In this document: positions 51,751 to 63,802 of the stretch, one piece after another
Layout of the letters: every line of letters starts with the position of its first letter
Position numbering within the stretch: position 1 is the stretch's first letter
Assembly (NCBI GenBank): GCA_963758295.1
Contig: CAVWUU010000001.1
Coordinates: 480,001 to 544,000, forward strand
Length of the DNA stretch: 64,000 bases
Direction of reading: 5' to 3'
DNA from: Candidatus Eremiobacteria bacterium
GTDB lineage: Bacteria > Vulcanimicrobiota > Vulcanimicrobiia > Vulcanimicrobiales > Vulcanimicrobiaceae
Position numbers and translations under genes: made by a program
Notes under the pieces: generated by a model
What the model was told of the DNA's origin: nothing
Database searches by the model: none
Seen by the model: only the letters and a program-made list of their open reading frames with translations

Positions 51751-54378
51751 ATGAACGTAGACAAGATGACCGAACGCGTTGCGGAAGGCCTTAATTCGGC
51801 CTATACGCGCGCGCTTCACGAACACAACACTCAAACTACCCCCGAACACTTTTTAGCCGCTTTACTCGAGCAAGAGCGCGGCATTGCGCCCGACATCTTG
51901 CAGAAGGCGGGCGTCGATCCTAAAGCCTTTGCTCGCAAGGTGGATGAGGCTATCGCGCGCCTTCCACGACTCTCGGGAGCGAACGCGGACTCGGCCCAAG
52001 TGACTCTATCTCCCGAGCTTGCTCGGATCATGGCAAGTGCCGAGCAAGAAGCCAAAGCGCTTCAGGACGACTACATTTCCGTCGAGCACGTGCTGCTTGC
52101 GATGGCGGAAGCGGGCGGCGCGACCGGTGCAATATTCCGCGACGCGGGGCTCACCAAGGACAAGCTGCTCTCCGCCTTACGCGACGTTCGCGGCAATCAG
52201 CGTGTCACGACCAAAGATCCCGAGGGCACGTACAAGTCGCTCGAACGATACGGACGCGATCTGACAATCGAAGCGGAGCGAGGGAAACTCGATCCCGTGA
52301 TCGGCCGCGACGATGAAATTCGCCGTGTCATTCAAGTGCTGTCGCGCCGCACGAAAAATAATCCGGTGCTAATCGGTGAGCCGGGCGTCGGAAAGACCGC
52401 AATCGTGGAAGGGCTAGCGCAGCGCATCGTGCGTGGCGACGTTCCCGAAGGCTTGAAGAACAAGCGAATCGTGTCGCTTGATATGGGCGCTCTCATTGCG
52501 GGCGCGAAGTATCGCGGCGAGTTCGAAGAGCGGCTTAAAGCGGTTTTGAAAGACGTTTCCAACTCCGAAGGCCAGATCGTTCTTTTTGTGGACGAGCTGC
52601 ATACTGTCGTCGGCGCCGGGAAAACCGAAGGCTCGATGGACGCCGGAAACCTGCTCAAGCCAATGCTTGCGCGCGGCGAGCTGCACATGATCGGTGCGAC
52701 GACCCTGGACGAGTATCGCAAGTACATCGAAAAAGATGCGGCATTGGAACGCCGGTTTCAGCCTGTGCAAGTCGATCAGCCGAGCGTCGAAGACACCATT
52801 TCGATCCTGCGCGGCTTAAAAGAGAAGTACGAATCGCATCACGGCGTGCGAATCAAGGACTCGGCGCTTGTCGGCGCGGCCGTACTCAGCGCGCGGTACA
52901 TTGCCGACCGCTTTTTACCCGATAAGGCGATCGACTTGGTCGACGAAGCCGCGGCGAAGCTGCGCACGGAAATCGATTCCATGCCGCAAGAACTCGATGA
53001 AGTGGACCGTCGCGTGATGCAGCTCGAAATCGAGCGCGAAGCGTTGCGTAAGGAGAGCGATCGCCAGAGCCGCGAGCGGCTCGAAGCGCTTGAGCGGGAA
53101 CTGGCCGACCTGCACGAACAACAATCGCAGTTGCGCTTGCGCTGGGATGCTGAAAAGAACGCCGCTTTACGCTTACGTGAACTGCGCGAGCAAATCACGC
53201 AGGCAAAAGTGCAAATCGAACAAGCAGAGCGCCAGTACGATTTGAATCGCGTCGCCGAATTGAAGTTCGGCAGGCTGCCGCAACTCGAGAAGCAGTTGCA
53301 GACCGAAGAAGAGCGTTTGCAAGGGCGCGAAGGCGGCCGCCTCTCCAAAGAAGAGGTGGACGAAGAAGACATCGCGGAGGTTATCGCGCGATGGACCGGC
53401 ATCCCGCTTTCGAAACTGCTCGAAGGTGAGAAGCAGAAGCTGCTTCATCTCGATAAAGAGCTGCACAAGCGCGTCATCGGACAAGACGAAGCCGTCGACG
53501 CTGTAGCCGAGGCGGTGATTCGTTCTCGCTCAGGGCTGGCGGATCCGAATCGTCCCATCGGCTCATTTATCTTCCTGGGACCGACGGGCGTCGGAAAAAC
53601 CGAACTGGCCCGCGCGCTTGCGGACTACCTGTTCGACGACGAACGGGCGTTGATTCGCATCGACATGTCGGAGTATCAAGAGAAACATACCGTCGCGCGT
53701 CTCCTGGGCGCACCGCCGGGATACGTCGGTTACGATGAAGGCGGCCAGTTGACCGAAGCCGTGCGCCGCCGGCCGTATTCCGTAATTCTTTTCGATGAGA
53801 TCGAAAAAGCGCACCCGGACGTGTTCAACGTGTTTTTGCAGATCCTCGACGACGGCCGTTTAACCGATGGCCAAGGGCGCACGGTCGATTTCCGCAATAC
53901 GATCGTGATCATGACCTCGAATATCGGCAGCCACCGGATTCTCGAGTATCGCGGAAAGCTTGGCGGCGCGGAAGAAGCGCTGATGCGCGCAACCGTGATG
54001 GAAGAATTGCGCGCGCATTTCCGCCCCGAATTCCTCAACCGCGTTGACGAAACGATCGTCTTTCATGCGCTGAGTGAAGAACAGCTCATGGAAATCGTGG
54101 ACATTCAGCTCGAGCGCGTGCGTGCGCGCCTAGCGGAACGCCGTATCACCCTCGTTCTTGATGCCGCCGCGAAGCGGCACCTCGTGAAAGCGGGCTACGA
54201 TCCCGCATACGGGGCGCGCCCGTTGAAGCGCACGATTCAAAAGGAACTCGAGACGCCGCTCGGCCGGAAGATTCTTGCCGGCGACGTGAAGGAAGGTTCG
54301 ACCGTGCACGTGGGCTTCAACGACATTACAGGCGAGCTTACGTTCTCAAGTGAGGCCAGGCAACCGGCACCGGTCTAA
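51751..54378 (+). CDS. clpB: ATP-dependent chaperone ClpB
   Basis: Two AAA+ modules ([16 protein letters not shown]), [11 protein letters not shown], coiled-coil M domain, GAPPGYVGY. Confidence 0.98.
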   Translation: MNVDKMTERVAEGLNSAYTRALHEHNTQTTPEHFLAALLEQERGIAPDILQKAGVDPKAFARKVDEAIARLPRLSGANADSAQVTLSPELARIMASAEQEAKALQDDYISVEHVLLAMAEAGGATGAIFRDAGLTKDKLLSALRDVRGNQRVTTKDPEGTYKSLERYGRDLTIEAERGKLDPVIGRDDEIRRVIQVLSRRTKNNPVLIGEPGVGKTAIVEGLAQRIVRGDVPEGLKNKRIVSLDMGALIAGAKYRGEFEERLKAVLKDVSNSEGQIVLFVDELHTVVGAGKTEGSMDAGNLLKPMLARGELHMIGATTLDEYRKYIEKDAALERRFQPVQVDQPSVEDTISILRGLKEKYESHHGVRIKDSALVGAAVLSARYIADRFLPDKAIDLVDEAAAKLRTEIDSMPQELDEVDRRVMQLEIEREALRKESDRQSRERLEALERELADLHEQQSQLRLRWDAEKNAALRLRELREQITQAKVQIEQAERQYDLNRVAELKFGRLPQLEKQLQTEEERLQGREGGRLSKEEVDEEDIAEVIARWTGIPLSKLLEGEKQKLLHLDKELHKRVIGQDEAVDAVAEAVIRSRSGLADPNRPIGSFIFLGPTGVGKTELARALADYLFDDERALIRIDMSEYQEKHTVARLLGAPPGYVGYDEGGQLTEAVRRRPYSVILFDEIEKAHPDVFNVFLQILDDGRLTDGQGRTVDFRNTIVIMTSNIGSHRILEYRGKLGGAEEALMRATVMEELRAHFRPEFLNRVDETIVFHALSEEQLMEIVDIQLERVRARLAERRITLVLDAAAKRHLVKAGYDPAYGARPLKRTIQKELETPLGRKILAGDVKEGSTVHVGFNDITGELTFSSEARQPAPV

Positions 54379-54393
54379 GGATCGCAAACCCAA

Positions 54394-54430
54394 AGAGAAG
54401 CGGCTGCTGGTTAGCAGCCGCTTTCTTTTT
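54394..54430 (+). terminator. Rho-independent terminator after clpB
   Basis: AAGCGGCTGCT-GGTT-AGCAGCCGCTT followed by TCTTTTT. Confidence 0.85.
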
Positions 54431-54524
54431 GGGGGTGCAGATGGCAGCGAAAGATCCCGTCGAGCTAGGAGTACAACGCTTGGCGGCCATACGCAGGCGC
54501 AACCATGGGTAGAACCTGCGCACG

Positions 54525-55442
54525 ATGCGCGCAGAAAATCCCGGCAGCCTTTTAAAAGAAACGTTCAAAGCGTGGTCGGCGGACAACGCCGGCACGATTG
54601 CCGCGGCACTGGCCTACTTCACGGCATTCGCGATAGCGCCGCTGATGATCATCATTATCGAAATCGGCGCGGCGGTGCTCGGCGGAAGCGGGCACCATCA
54701 CGTCGTCGAAAACGAAATTCTACGAAATCTGGAACCGTCGATCGGCGCCTCGGGAACCAAGGCGATCTCGGACATCGTCTCCGCCACGTTCAACCAGCGC
54801 CATGCCGGGCCGCTCGCGGCAATTTTGAGCTGGGCTATCTTCATAGCTGCTGCCACCGGACTCTTCGCGTCGGTTCAGAACGCACTCGACGTCGTCTGGC
54901 ACGTCGATAAAACAAAACAAAGCTTCCTCGCAACGGTTCTCGACCGGTTGAAGTCGGTCGCAATCATCGGCGTGCTTTCCCTTGTGTTGCTATGTTCGTT
55001 CGCCGCGAATGCGGGCTTGGGTGCGCTTTCCGGCAGCCTGGCTGCAATCGTGCCGGGCTGGCATTACGCCATTATTGCGATCGAAGCCGTCATCTCGTTC
55101 TGCGTCGTCACGGCCGGCTTCGCCGTCGTCTTCAAGTTTTTGCCCAAGACGGAGCTTGATTGGAAAGACGTCATTAGCGGTGCGGCGATCACCGGCGCTT
55201 TATTCATGGCGGGGCAGTACTTGATCGGGATTTATTTGGGACGCGCATCGACCACGTCGACGTACGGAGCGGCGGGCTCGTTCGCCGCGCTGTTGATCTG
55301 GCTGTACTACTCGGCGCAGATTTTTTTGTTCGGTGCCGAGTTCACTAAGGTCTATGCAAACCGATTTGGTTCAAAGAGTTCAGCGCCGGCGCCCGTGATC
55401 CGTGGAAGCGTTGGAACTGCGCGCATGACGCATCAACGCTAG
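54525..55442 (+). CDS. YihY/BrkB family membrane protein
   Basis: AAALAYFT.FAIAP, YGAAGSFAALLIWLYYSAQIFLFGAEF. Confidence 0.92.
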   Translation: MRAENPGSLLKETFKAWSADNAGTIAAALAYFTAFAIAPLMIIIIEIGAAVLGGSGHHHVVENEILRNLEPSIGASGTKAISDIVSATFNQRHAGPLAAILSWAIFIAAATGLFASVQNALDVVWHVDKTKQSFLATVLDRLKSVAIIGVLSLVLLCSFAANAGLGALSGSLAAIVPGWHYAIIAIEAVISFCVVTAGFAVVFKFLPKTELDWKDVISGAAITGALFMAGQYLIGIYLGRASTTSTYGAAGSFAALLIWLYYSAQIFLFGAEFTKVYANRFGSKSSAPAPVIRGSVGTARMTHQR

Positions 55443-55671
55443 CCGGCCGTTGAAGTTGCTGTCGAAAGCGGCGACGGCGATGGCGACGAGGTCGGTGAGG
55501 AGGTTGACGCCGACGGCGGAGCCGGGCGAACGACGGTATCGTCGTCGTCCGGCATTGCCGTTTCTAATTGCACCGACGGTTTGGCCGACGGCGTAGACTG
55601 GCCGGGCTCGGCACGCGCGATTGCAGCGACGCAAACCATTGCGAGGAACGCAACCGCGGCAAGCCGGCGCA

Positions 55672-55672
<1 letters not shown>
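55439..55672 (-). CDS. Small secreted Ser/Pro/Thr-rich hypothetical protein
   Basis: Signal-peptide-like N-terminus (..ARA); start overlaps the typA stop. Confidence 0.5.
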
Positions 55673-57498
<1,826 letters not shown>

Positions 57499-57555
57499 GA
57501 ACGCAGTTCTACCACAAAAGGGTGTGCGAAGGCTATGCCTTCGGCCTGGGCCGCG

Positions 57556-58840
57556 CTAAGCGCGCGGCAGGCTGAACCAGAAGGACGTCAGCTTGCCCGG
57601 CTCGCTTTCGAAGCCGATGGTCCCGTGCATCTTGGTGACAAGTTCGCGGCAGATATAGAGGCCGAGGCCGGTCGAGCTGTCGCCGGCGGCCAGATGCCCG
57701 AACCGCGTAAAGAGTTTGTCGCGGTCAGCCTCGGCGATCCCCGGGCCTTCGTTGACCACCGAAATACAGACCGCGTCGTCGTGGACTTTCACGTCGATGT
57801 GGATCGGCGTTTTCGCCCCGCCATATTTGACGGCGTTTGAAAGCAGGTTGGTGAGCACCTGAACCGTGCGGCCTTCGTCGGCGTTGACGTTCGGTACGGG
57901 TTCGAGGTAGGCCGCATTGAACGAGCGCTCGGGATGCTCGCTGCGCATCCGGGCCATCGACTCTTCGATGACGGAGACCGGCGAGACCGGCTCGAAGCGC
58001 AAGGACAGATGGCCGGCATCCATCCGCGAGAGGAGCAAGAAGTCCTCAAAAATAGACGAGAGGCGGCCGGTGGCGCTCGAAAGGACACCCAGCAATTCTT
58101 GCCGGCGCTCGAGGCCCAGCGTCTCGAAGTGCGTCTGCAAGAGCGCCGTGGAACCGCGAATCGCGGCGAGCGGCGACCGCACCTCGTGCGATACCATGCT
58201 GAAGAACTCGTTCTGCAGCCGGGCGTTTTCTTCGAGAACTTTGCGCTGTTCAATTTCTGCTTGGTGGGCGCGCGAGCTTGCGAGCGCAAGGCCGACCAAG
58301 TTTACAAAGAGCTGCATCCGGCGCAACGTTTCGATCGACGGAACCTTGCCGTCGATCGGCGCGTCGGCGGAAAGATATCCGAGCATATTGCCGTCGCGAT
58401 CGGGAAGGACAAGCGTCAACGTGTCGCGTTCGTGCCACGCGTCGGGCGCCGTGCGGGGCTCGTTGAGCGGCCTATAACCCGTGTAAATGCTTTGTTTCCA
58501 CAAGATTTCGCGCTCGGCCGGATTGTAAAAACAATACGGAAGCACTTCCGATTCGGGCGGCAGAATGTCGAGCACCGCTGCGCGCTCGATGTGCTCGCCC
58601 AGGCGTTCGGCAATGATCTGTTCCGGGAAACCCGAGGAGAACGCGGCGATACAACTCGCCGCCCGGTGCGTCGGCTGCGACGATCGTTACGTATTTGAAA
58701 CCGAAAAGATCGCGTACGGCATGCGCAATCGAATCCAGCGCGGGTGATATATCCTGCGCGTGAAGAATCTCGTACGTGATGCCCAGGAGCCGCTGGAGAA
58801 GGCCCCCGTCGCCTGTCGGCGGCGCGTCGTAAAACTGCAT
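57556..58840 (-). CDS. Cytoplasmic GAF-domain sensor histidine kinase (frameshift near 58630)
   Basis: GAF-like N-terminus; VSHEVRSPL (H box), [17 protein letters not shown]. Confidence 0.88.
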
Positions 58841-58895
58841 TAAGCTTCGACCCCTTTGGGGTCGCCGCGCAGGCGTCCTGCGCGTTTACAACGGC

Positions 58896-59258
58896 TTAAC
58901 CAGAACGCATCCAGATAGCGCGTTCCAGCAAGCGCTTTAGCCGCTGCTTTCCGGCGCTTTTCGGGATGACGCCGGATGTCATCCAAATTTGCCGGTCGCT
59001 CAGCTTATTGGCGGTCGCCGGCGAGCAAAAGACGATCAGTTTCCCGCGCGGCCAGGCGTGCCACACGCGATAGATCCCTTCGGCGAGTCCCTCGGAGACG
59101 TAGTCGCCGTCGAGAAAAATGACGTCGGGATGCGTCGCCGCGATGTACTGCTCGTCGATTTGCTGCGTAACGTTTTCTACGCGCGCGTGTATGGAGCGAA
59201 ACACCTCGACCAGCGGCGGCACAAGAAGCTCTTGCGCCTCCACAATGTAAACACGCAT
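58896..59258 (-). CDS. Atypical stand-alone receiver-like domain
   Basis: MRVYIVE..PDVIFLD..LIVFCS..GVIPK pattern of a CheY fold. Confidence 0.6.
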   Translation of the reverse strand: MRVYIVEAQELLVPPLVEVFRSIHARVENVTQQIDEQYIAATHPDVIFLDGDYVSEGLAEGIYRVWHAWPRGKLIVFCSPATANKLSDRQIWMTSGVIPKSAGKQRLKRLLERAIWMRSG

Positions 59259-59315
59259 GGTGTCCGCGCATGCCAGCTCCATGTTGAATCCAGCATACGC
59301 GGACGCCGTCATTTG

Positions 59316-60020
59316 CTAGAGGCTACTTGTGCCCGTGAGGGCTGGTTCTAAAGAATGATTCGAAGCGGTACCGGTTAAGCCGTGCCGTACTGCGTGCACC
59401 GCGAGTTGCGAGCGCGCGGTAAATCCGAGCTTGACGAATACGTTCGCGACGTGATTTTTGATGGTTTTTTCCGAAAGGTGCAGCTCTTCCGCGATCGAGC
59501 GATTCGACATGCCGCGTGCAATCAAACGCACGACGTCAAGTTCACGCATCGTCAATTCGCTGCTTGAACGTTCACCGCGCGTCGCTGCGCTGTAGAAGAC
59601 GCTTCGCGTCAAACGCGGGTCGAGATAAAAACCTACTTCGGCGATCGAGCGAAGCGCCGTCCGAAATTCGGCCGGTGCAACGTCTTTCAGAATATAACCG
59701 TCTGCGCCGGCGCTGAGCGCGTTTGCAACGACGGTAGGATCGGCGTACGTCGAAAGGACACAGATTTTCGAGCCGATATTTGCTGACCGGATCGAATAGA
59801 CGATCTGCCGTACGTTTAAACCGTACGGGTCGCAGTCGATCAAGAGAACGTCGTGGTTTACTGAAGCAAGTTTGTCGAGATCGAGACCGTCGCTTTCACC
59901 GGCAAGAGTGAATTTTTCATCGGCGGTCAGTATTGAGTGAAGTGCTTCGCGTAAGAGTCGCTGATGTTCGATGACGAAAAGGCGGGTCGTCAGAACCTGC
60001 GCAAGAACCGGGCTATCCAT
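59316..60020 (-). CDS. NarL/FixJ family response regulator
   Basis: Receiver (DVLLID, GADGYILK) plus LuxR HTH LTMRELDVV..GMSN..IA..SEKTIKNH. Confidence 0.92.
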   Translation of the reverse strand: MDSPVLAQVLTTRLFVIEHQRLLREALHSILTADEKFTLAGESDGLDLDKLASVNHDVLLIDCDPYGLNVRQIVYSIRSANIGSKICVLSTYADPTVVANALSAGADGYILKDVAPAEFRTALRSIAEVGFYLDPRLTRSVFYSAATRGERSSSELTMRELDVVRLIARGMSNRSIAEELHLSEKTIKNHVANVFVKLGFTARSQLAVHAVRHGLTGTASNHSLEPALTGTSSL

Positions 60021-60311
60021 ATACCCTCGCTAGTTAACAGTCGGGAAAAGGGAATTGTAGATATCCAGTGATCCGTAAACCACGGCCCTCTTGGAGTACG
60101 GAGACCGACTAATAAGGCGCTCCCGGCGCCTTACGTACGCAGACTGTACCGCAGCCGCCGCATTGCCACTATCCGTGATTCAGGGGATTTGTGCGGACTT
60201 AAGAACGACATGCGCCTAGGCACATCGTGCTAGAGCGTCCAGGGCTTCAAACACTGCATCGACGCGCCGCCGGCAAGGTACCATTCGGACTACCAGGCCG
60301 CAGGAGATGCT

Positions 60312-60770
60312 ATGTTTTACGGTATCGCCACGGTCGCTGCGATCGTTCTTTCGATTGCCGGCGGCAATTCTATTGGAAACCCGCGGGTTGACTACGGTAC
60401 GCTACGTCCCGGGTCGATTTCCGATTGCCGTGTGCTTTCAGGTGCCGCAGGCCGCTCGATCGATGTAAGCGTGTTGTGCCCCAAGGGTTTCCGCTATCGC
60501 ATTTCGTTGCTGCAATCGCCACACTGTGGAGCGCCCCGCGCATTATCGTCGCCATATCACGACAAGGCGATTCATTACTTTTTGCTTACACCAAGCCGGT
60601 CCGGCATTTGGTGCGATGGTACAAATGGCACGGTCGCGATTAGCGGCATAGGAACCGGGGGTACGCAACATTACGTCGCCTCGGCGTGCGTTCTGGAAAA
60701 TGAACGCTTTGAAACAGACGGATTCGGCAAATTTATCGATACCGTTATCGTTTACGTCGAAAAACGATGA
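60312..60770 (+). CDS. Secreted protein with divergent spore coat U / Csu pilin-like domain
   Basis: Signal-like N-terminus; IHYFL..IWCDG..GIGTGGTQ..GKFIDTVIV resembles the SCPU C-terminal pattern. Confidence 0.55.
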   Translation: MFYGIATVAAIVLSIAGGNSIGNPRVDYGTLRPGSISDCRVLSGAAGRSIDVSVLCPKGFRYRISLLQSPHCGAPRALSSPYHDKAIHYFLLTPSRSGIWCDGTNGTVAISGIGTGGTQHYVASACVLENERFETDGFGKFIDTVIVYVEKR

Positions 60771-60911
60771 TTTTGTACGACTTCGGCTTGACCGAGCGAG
60801 CTGTCGCTTTGTATTATGTCGGGCACGAGTCCCTTAAGGCGCCAGGACCTAGTTCCTAGGACGTCTTATGGCTAACGGTAGCAAGGATAGTGATCCTCAT
60901 GGCTCTGACCG

Positions 60912-61904
60912 ATGCGCCGCGCTCGTCAAGCGGCTGACTCCCCTGGACTTCGCCGGGACGTAGTAGCGGCATGGCTCTACGTTAGGCTCGGAGCTTTCGG
61001 CGAAATTCAGGCAGTCCAAGGAGAAGGGGTTGAAGACCCCTCTGCTGTCGCTCGCCTGGCCTACGCCGAGGTCGAACCGCTGCCGGGGCGTTTCGGCCCG
61101 CTTCACGGATGGATACGCAGCGATTCCAATCTTACGGTCGTCGTTGCCAAATTGCACCGTTCCGGAATTAGTCGGGTATTTCTTATGCTTCGACAAGCCG
61201 TTCGCCGCCGTCCCATGATCAAGTCGCTCGTCGAGGAAGCCGAAGCGCTGCTCGAACGCTGCGACGCTCATACGCTCTCAGGCACCAACGACGCCGCCGC
61301 CGCGCGGTCGATGCCGATCATCGGCATGGTGCACGTCGGTCAGGACCTCACGCCTAGGAGCTGGTGGTTCACAAAAGATCCTACGTTCGCGCGCTTTCTC
61401 GGCGTCATCAGCGTGCAAGAAGACGGCACGCTGCAACCCCAAGTCGCGGCGCTTTTCCGCGCATTGACGCAAGACTGGAAACCCGAGACCCTAGGACCCG
61501 GTCCTGCAACGTTCGGCGCGCTGCTGCCCGGCATCATTATGCATATTTTTCCGTCGAAGCTCGACGGTGCCGTCGCGACACTGATCTTCGAACACGTAAG
61601 GCTGCGGCGCTCGTTGCGCGAAGCGTTTGCCGAGTTTTCGATTACTTCGCGTGAAGCCCAAGTGATTCGCTTATTGATGAGCGGCCATTCGGTGCGTGAA
61701 GCGGCAACGGTGCTTTCTATTGCGGAGTCGACGACGCACGATCACATCAAGAGCGTGCTGACGAAGACGCATGCCCGCAATCGCGCCCAGATGATTTCGA
61801 TTTTGCTGGGTTACGAAGGCTTGCAGGTACGGCCGCCGGCCGCGCAAACAAACGGCGTGGGAGCGTACGAATCTGGTGGTTCGCACGGTCTTCAAAATCG
61901 CTGA
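60912..61904 (+). CDS. LuxR-type HTH transcriptional regulator
   Basis: C-terminal ITSREAQVIRLLMSG.SVREAA..IAESTTHDHIKSVLTK; start uncertain; last ~15 codons lie inside tRNA-Sec. Confidence 0.8.
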   Translation: MRRARQAADSPGLRRDVVAAWLYVRLGAFGEIQAVQGEGVEDPSAVARLAYAEVEPLPGRFGPLHGWIRSDSNLTVVVAKLHRSGISRVFLMLRQAVRRRPMIKSLVEEAEALLERCDAHTLSGTNDAAAARSMPIIGMVHVGQDLTPRSWWFTKDPTFARFLGVISVQEDGTLQPQVAALFRALTQDWKPETLGPGPATFGALLPGIIMHIFPSKLDGAVATLIFEHVRLRRSLREAFAEFSITSREAQVIRLLMSGHSVREAATVLSIAESTTHDHIKSVLTKTHARNRAQMISILLGYEGLQVRPPAAQTNGVGAYESGGSHGLQNR

Positions 61905-61952
61905 GGCCGCTTAACGGCGGCTGGTAGGTTCGATTCCTACACGCTCCCGCCA
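61859..61952 (+). tRNA. selC: tRNA-Sec (anticodon UCA)
   Basis: 8-bp acceptor stem GGGAGCGT/ACGCTCCC, 6-bp D stem with TGGT loop, CTTCAAA anticodon loop, long variable arm, 5-bp T stem with TTCGATT, G discriminator plus CCA. Confidence 0.95.
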
Positions 61953-62043
61953 ACGCCGCCTCCCCAACATAGGATGGCGGAAAGCATCACGGCAATGTCG
62001 ATCACCGGCGGATGTGCGTTTCGCCCGCTATTCGCTCTCGCCA

Positions 62044-62748
62044 TCAGCCCACTGACGTACGGAAGAGTTTCGGACAAAGAAGCTGGTCGATGGGCTGGCC
62101 CGCGACCCAATCGATGTCGTCTTCGTTGACGTTGAATTGAATGCTTTGAGGCCATCCACCCCACGGCTCCGGAAACGGCACGCGAAGCTTGATATAGTGG
62201 TATTCGCCCGTTGCGGTTGCAAGACGGAGAACGATCATCTGCGATTCTGGTTGAACGTTCGGCTGCGAATAAAGCCATACGTAAAAGGCGTCCTGGTCGC
62301 TTTCGACTTTGATGTTCGAGGGCAGCGGATCTTCGACGGGCTTGTTACATGCCGTATCGCCCGGAAATAACACGAAGGTAGGCGCGACATAGAGAAACGA
62401 CGGCGGCGCAGTGCCTTGTAGCAACATCGGCTGGGCACCGGCGTTTAACCCGCTCTGCAGCGTTTCGGTAATGTTTCGATTGTGCTCGGGCAGCAGCGCG
62501 ATGAAATCCGTCGCGCTGCAATTATATTTGGGCGCGTCCACCCGCATCTTGTACACGCCTTGAGGCGCGTCCAATTCCAAAATGACGGCGCTCTCGCTGC
62601 CGCGTTCAATTTTGTACGGGGTTTGGTAGTGCTGGCGTCCCGTGCGGTCTACGAGCTGCACGTTCATGGCCAGGGGCGCGGCGGGTCCGAGCTTCGCAAT
62701 GCGTCCGCAAAGGACAGCGTGCAAGATGACGTGCGACATTCCGATCAC
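62044..62748 (-). CDS. Hypothetical protein
   Basis: 234-aa ORF with coding-like codon bias; no recognised motifs. Confidence 0.7.
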   Translation of the reverse strand: MIGMSHVILHAVLCGRIAKLGPAAPLAMNVQLVDRTGRQHYQTPYKIERGSESAVILELDAPQGVYKMRVDAPKYNCSATDFIALLPEHNRNITETLQSGLNAGAQPMLLQGTAPPSFLYVAPTFVLFPGDTACNKPVEDPLPSNIKVESDQDAFYVWLYSQPNVQPESQMIVLRLATATGEYHYIKLRVPFPEPWGGWPQSIQFNVNEDDIDWVAGQPIDQLLCPKLFRTSVG

Positions 62749-62896
62749 GGCTCTATCTCCTTGAGATGACGGATTCCCCGCGTTTTCCTATGCGGCTTCT
62801 TCGGTGTAAATAAACCAGGGTCATCGTCATTGCGAAGTTTTACCAAAGGAACGAATGACCGGCGCTCCCGGTGCGCGAACAGCAACCGCCGATTCT

Positions 62897-63280
62897 ATGG
62901 AGCGCCATCTATCGACGCGTTTGCGTTCGTTTATCGGCCGGAACATTTCGTCGCTCGAACAAGTGGAGATTCTGCTGTTGCTTCGCCGCAGCGGCGTTCG
63001 GGCTTGGTCGGTCGACGAAATAAGCGGCGAACTGCGAAGTTCCGTGAACTCCGTGCGGAGCCGTATCGGCCAATTGCAGCGCGCGAAGCTCGTCGTAAAA
63101 GGAAACGACGAGCGCTTCTGCTACGTGACCGGCCCGGAAGAAGACGCCGTCGCGGAGCTCGAATACGAATATGAGAACCGGCGGGTGCGGCTGATCGAGG
63201 CGATCTTCTCGCGGCCGGTCGATTCTGCGCGCTCCTTTGCCGATGCCTTTCGCTTATGGGAGAAAGACGATGATCGCTGA
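62897..63280 (+). CDS. Winged-HTH-like hypothetical protein
   Basis: FI..NISSLEQVEILLLL..WSVDEISGEL..RVRLIEAIF..RSFADAFRL, typical of proteins found next to DUF5985 genes. Confidence 0.75.
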   Translation: MERHLSTRLRSFIGRNISSLEQVEILLLLRRSGVRAWSVDEISGELRSSVNSVRSRIGQLQRAKLVVKGNDERFCYVTGPEEDAVAELEYEYENRRVRLIEAIFSRPVDSARSFADAFRLWEKDDDR

Positions 63281-63533
63281 GGCGGTCTACCTCTTGTGCA
63301 CGGTCACCAGCCTGTTATGTGCGGTGCTGCTGACGCGTGCATACCTGCGGTCGCGCGTATCGTTGCTCGCATGGAGCGCTGTCTGCTTCTACGGTTTTTG
63401 CCTGAACAGCGCGCTGGTGTTTCTCGATATGATCGTCTACAAGGACTTCGACCTTTCGACGATTCGCGTGGTTCCTGCAGCGATCGGCGTGGCATTGCTC
63501 TGCTACGGGCTGATCCGCGAGGCGGTGCAGTAG
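63270..63533 (+). CDS. DUF5985-like small membrane protein
   Basis: AVYLLC..TSLLCAVLL.RAY..LLAWSAVCF..LN; 3 TM segments. Confidence 0.78.
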   Translation: MIAEAVYLLCTVTSLLCAVLLTRAYLRSRVSLLAWSAVCFYGFCLNSALVFLDMIVYKDFDLSTIRVVPAAIGVALLCYGLIREAVQ

Positions 63534-63802
63534 TGTACTTGTTTCTGAACGGATTTACGTCGATGGGCTGCCTCGTGGCTGCGGCGTTCTTCCTGGCCCT
63601 GCGCAAACGCACGGCCGACGCGCTTTTCGGGTTTTTTGCCGGCGCCTTCATCTTGCTCGCACTCGAGCGCATGATTTTGAGCTGGATGAACACCCCGGAA
63701 CAGTCGACGCCGGCCGTTTACCTAGTGCGCGCATTGGCGTTTCTCTGCATCATTGCAGGGATCGTATCGAAAAACGTTCGAGCCGGGCGTAGCGAGCGAT
63801 GA
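63533..63802 (+). CDS. DUF5985-like small membrane protein, second copy
   Basis: FLNG..AAFFL..KRTADALF.FFA.AF..LALER..YLVR..AF..II.GI..KN; start overlaps the previous stop. Confidence 0.75.
   Translation: MYLFLNGFTSMGCLVAAAFFLALRKRTADALFGFFAGAFILLALERMILSWMNTPEQSTPAVYLVRALAFLCIIAGIVSKNVRAGRSER

Noticed and set aside
54441..54512. 23-codon ORF between the clpB terminator and yihY
   Set aside because: Too short, no motif, cannot be supported from sequence alone
62033..62043. CGCTCTCGCCA as an att duplication of the tRNA-Sec 3' end
   Set aside because: Only a 10/11 match, about 90 bp away, with no integrase nearby
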